A model generated the notes under the pieces. It did no database searches, had not been told where the DNA came from, and saw only the letters and a list, made by a program, of their open reading frames with translations. Positions 61,529-64,000 of a DNA stretch of 64,000 bases are shown here, in pieces. The stretch's first letter is position 1. The number at the start of each line of letters is the position of its first letter. Source of the stretch: Deltaproteobacteria bacterium (GTDB lineage: Bacteria; Myxococcota_A; Bradymonadia; REDH01); NCBI GenBank assembly GCA_007693585.1, contig REDH01000089.1, positions 21,323 to 85,322 of the forward strand, read 5' to 3'. A program made the translations under genes and the position numbers.

Positions 61529-64000
61529 TCAGGGATTGCGGATGTTCTGGGAGATTCCGTTGTTCCCGTTGCCACCGTCGTTGGGTCGGATGACGCAGCC
61601 GTTGCTGCCCTGGTTTCCGCCGCTTCCCCCGGGACCGACATTGAATGTGCGTCCTGTTCCGGAGACATCGCCACCCGCTGCGCGCCAGACCCCGATGGAG
61701 GGTCCGCCGCCGCCGCCGCCGCCGCATCCGCCCCGCTGGCCATTGCCGCCATCGCCGCCACGGCCACCGCTGCCACCGTTTCCGGAAGCGGGTCCGGCGC
61801 CGAACCCGCCGCGTCCGCCGGCACCTCCGGCACCACCGCCGCCGCCGGTGCCGCCGTTTCCGCCACCGACGGTCTCGAAGACGTTTCCTCCGGCGGTGGT
61901 CACCAGCAGGGAGTTGATGACGAGGGCTGCCACGGAGGCGCCTCCGCCGCCGCCGCCGGTGCCTGGCGCCCCGCCATAGCCTCCGGCTCCCCCTCCTCCG
62001 CCAGCGCCGCCGATTCCGGTAATGGCACACGTGACAGCCATCCGTCCGCCAGCGCCGCCGCCGCCGCCGCCGCCGCTGAGCCCGAAGCTTCCGAAGTTGC
62101 CGGTGTTTCCTGCCGATGGCGTGTAGACATCGGCCGGGGAGGCGAGGCTTCCGCTGGGGGTCAGGCTGCCGAGGCCGCTGCCGCCAGCGCCGGTGGTTCC
62201 CAGGAAGAGTGACACCCCGTCGTCGCCGTTCTGGCCGTTCCCTCCCGGCTCGCCACAGGGGCCTGCGGTCCCGCCGGTTCCGCCCTGGATGCCCGGCACC
62301 TGGCAATCGGCGGTTCCCCCGGTGCGGTTGGGTGGGCAGTATCCATCCCCGCCGTTGCTGCCTCCGCCGCCACTTGTTCCGCCCTGCCCTCCCGCCCACG
62401 TGGACCCGCCGGCGGAGGTGCAGCCAGGCGATGACCCGGGAACGGCGCGGGCGCCGTTTCCTGGGGTGGTGCTTGCGGCCGCGTCGCCATCCTGGCCGGG
62501 GCACCCGTGCAAGCCGTTGCTCCCGTTCCCCCCGCGCCCTCCCCGCCCGGCGCGGATGTGCACGTTGGTGATGCGGAGGTTGGAGGTGCTGTTTCGGACG
62601 ATGAGGGCGATGTTGGCCTGGCCGCCCTGTCCGGTGGCGGCGTTGGGGCGATCGGTGGTCTCGATGCGCACGTTTTCGAGGTGCACGGCTCCGGTGAGGC
62701 TGTCGGCCCGGACGGCGTTCCAGTTGTTCACGCGGAAGATGGGCTGCTGGCCGTTCTCGACGATCTGGATACCGTCGAGCTCGAGTCCCCCGCGAACGTT
62801 CCGGTTGCCGGCGAGGACCAGCGCGGCGCCCTGCGTGAACACGGTGGAGTTGGTACCGAGGAGCCATACCTCGCTGCGGCTGAGGCCGCCGGCTCGTGCG
62901 TATGCGTAGCTCACGGTCCGGCACGGCGTGGCTTCGGGGTTGACGCCGCAGCTGGTGATGTCCGTTCCGGAGGGCGACACCAGCACGGCGGGGAAGTCCT
63001 GTGTCGTGAACGTACGGGTCGGGCCCGAGACCCATCCGTAGGCTGGATGGTAGACCTCGGCTGCGTACTCGTAGGGGGTGTTCCAGCGCAGTCCTGCGAG
63101 GGTCTGCTGGAAATTGTTCATCGTGCCATTGAAGCCGGGCACGGCAATCGTGTCCCAGACCCCACCCGACTGTCGCCAGCGAAACCGGGCCTGGGTGGGA
63201 GCGGGCACTCCGGCGGCCTGCTGGCCGCGGAGCAGGGCGCTGTTGAAGGTCACCTCCGTCGCGAACGGGGTGTTCACCCCGGGCTGCTGCGGGAGCGTCG
63301 TGCGGACGACGTCCGCGGACCACGCTGTCCCGGCCGAGGTCGTGGCGCTGAAGGCGACGTGATACTCGGTGTAGGGCGTGAGTCCGGACAGCTCGGCCAG
63401 CAGAGCGGACTGGGCACCGGAGAAGGTCGGGATGGAGCAGTCGCCACCGGGTGTGGAGCCCGGCCTCGGTTCGGGGCTGGTTCCCCAGCACACGCTGGAG
63501 CTGATCATGTTCCCGGGGAAGCCGAAGTCCTCGATGACCGCGCTGGCATCGAAGGACGAAGTGGTTGGCGCGCTCGTGGTGGGGGGGGCGAAGGTGGGGA
63601 GGGCGAACGCGGTGAAGCTTTCGGTGGTGCTGATCCCGATCATTCCTTCGGCGTTGATGGCCTCGGCGACGACATAGTGCGTGGCGCCGGGGGTGCCGGT
63701 GGCCAGGTTGAGGGGTCCCAGTGGTCCCGTCGAGAACAGGGGTCCGACGGAGACGCAGTTTCCGGGAAGGGCCAACTCCGACTCCGCGATGCAGATGTGC
63801 AGCGTGGGGGGTGTGGGCACACCGAGATCGGCGATGTCGAGGAAGACGGAGACGTTTCCGAGGGAAGGCTCGACCTGCACGATCGCGATCGCCGGAGCGA
63901 GGGGGGCCGTGCGGAAGGTGGTGTCATCGCTGTAGGCTCGCCCGGCCTCGTTTTCGAGGAAGCCGGCGACATGGTAGTCGGTGAACGGCTCGAGGCCGGC
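61529..64000 (-). CDS. large surface protein: FN3-like repeats + Gly-rich C-terminal domain (5' end outside window)
   Basis: The frame stays open from 63880 to 64000 (AGLEPFTDYHVAGFLENEAG...); repeated GLxPxTxYHV...G...FxT motifs; Cys-containing VSPSGTD...PCRTV; long GGxGGxGG tracts. Confidence 0.8.
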   Translation of the reverse strand, partial: AGLEPFTDYHVAGFLENEAGRAYSDDTTFRTAPLAPAIAIVQVEPSLGNVSVFLDIADLGVPTPPTLHICIAESELALPGNCVSVGPLFSTGPLGPLNLATGTPGATHYVVAEAINAEGMIGISTTESFTAFALPTFAPPTTSAPTTSSFDASAVIEDFGFPGNMISSSVCWGTSPEPRPGSTPGGDCSIPTFSGAQSALLAELSGLTPYTEYHVAFSATTSAGTAWSADVVRTTLPQQPGVNTPFATEVTFNSALLRGQQAAGVPAPTQARFRWRQSGGVWDTIAVPGFNGTMNNFQQTLAGLRWNTPYEYAAEVYHPAYGWVSGPTRTFTTQDFPAVLVSPSGTDITSCGVNPEATPCRTVSYAYARAGGLSRSEVWLLGTNSTVFTQGAALVLAGNRNVRGGLELDGIQIVENGQQPIFRVNNWNAVRADSLTGAVHLENVRIETTDRPNAATGQGGQANIALIVRNSTSNLRITNVHIRAGRGGRGGNGSNGLHGCPGQDGDAAASTTPGNGARAVPGSSPGCTSAGGSTWAGGQGGTSGGGGSNGGDGYCPPNRTGGTADCQVPGIQGGTGGTAGPCGEPGGNGQNGDDGVSLFLGTTGAGGSGLGSLTPSGSLASPADVYTPSAGNTGNFGSFGLSGGGGGGGAGGRMAVTCAITGIGGAGGGGGAGGYGGAPGTGGGGGGASVAALVINSLLVTTAGGNVFETVGGGNGGTGGGGGAGGAGGRGGFGAGPASGNGGSGGRGGDGGNGQRGGCGGGGGGGPSIGVWRAAGGDVSGTGRTFNVGPGGSGGNQGSNGCVIRPNDGGNGNNGISQNIRNP

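Noticed and set aside
61536..62909. Pro-rich + strand ORFs
   Set aside because: Reverse complement of the Gly-rich coding region.

Overview
GC-rich core-chromosome segment. Gene content (pilMNOPQ, PilS/PilR-type pair, TIGR02266/PilZ-like, AgmX-like and DUF6178-like proteins, PEGA Ser/Thr kinase) points to a deltaproteobacterial predator (Myxococcota/Bradymonadia-like); this taxonomy is inferred. About 57 CDS in order: partial MFS transporter; type IVa pilus cluster (pilD, sensor kinase, inverted sigma54 regulator, pilMNOPQ-aroK-aroB-lipoprotein); asnS, holA, rpsT; cinA-thpR-like-recA-pilT-beta-barrel-PilZ-like; purD, purH, stand-alone sigma4 protein, glpX; cvpA, ftsH; lipoprotein-Ser/Thr kinase-L,D-transpeptidase; a long minus-strand run mlaE-mlaD-yceD-rpmF-rpiB-nrdR-ribD-ribE-ribBA-ribH-nusB; mltD; hemerythrin-like, ubiB-like, tlpA-like, gloB; RluA-family synthase; Leu dehydrogenase; DUF4912-GH57; and a partial FN3/Gly-rich surface protein. 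I saw no rRNA, tRNA, CRISPR or mobile element. No clearly novel system is proven. Best leads: (1) an MlaE plus long MlaD with a barrel-like C-terminus heading the yceD-rpmF operon, from which plsX/fab/acpP/glyA are missing; (2) a Cys/His plus sigma70-region-4 stand-alone protein; (3) a pilT-beta-barrel-PilZ/amphipathic-tail module after LexA-boxed recA; (4) a 2H phosphoesterase and a GTP cyclohydrolase II domain with degenerate catalytic motifs; (5) PilQ with a ~200-aa coiled-coil insert. Family calls come from motif recognition by eye, and start codons were often trimmed from the ORF track.
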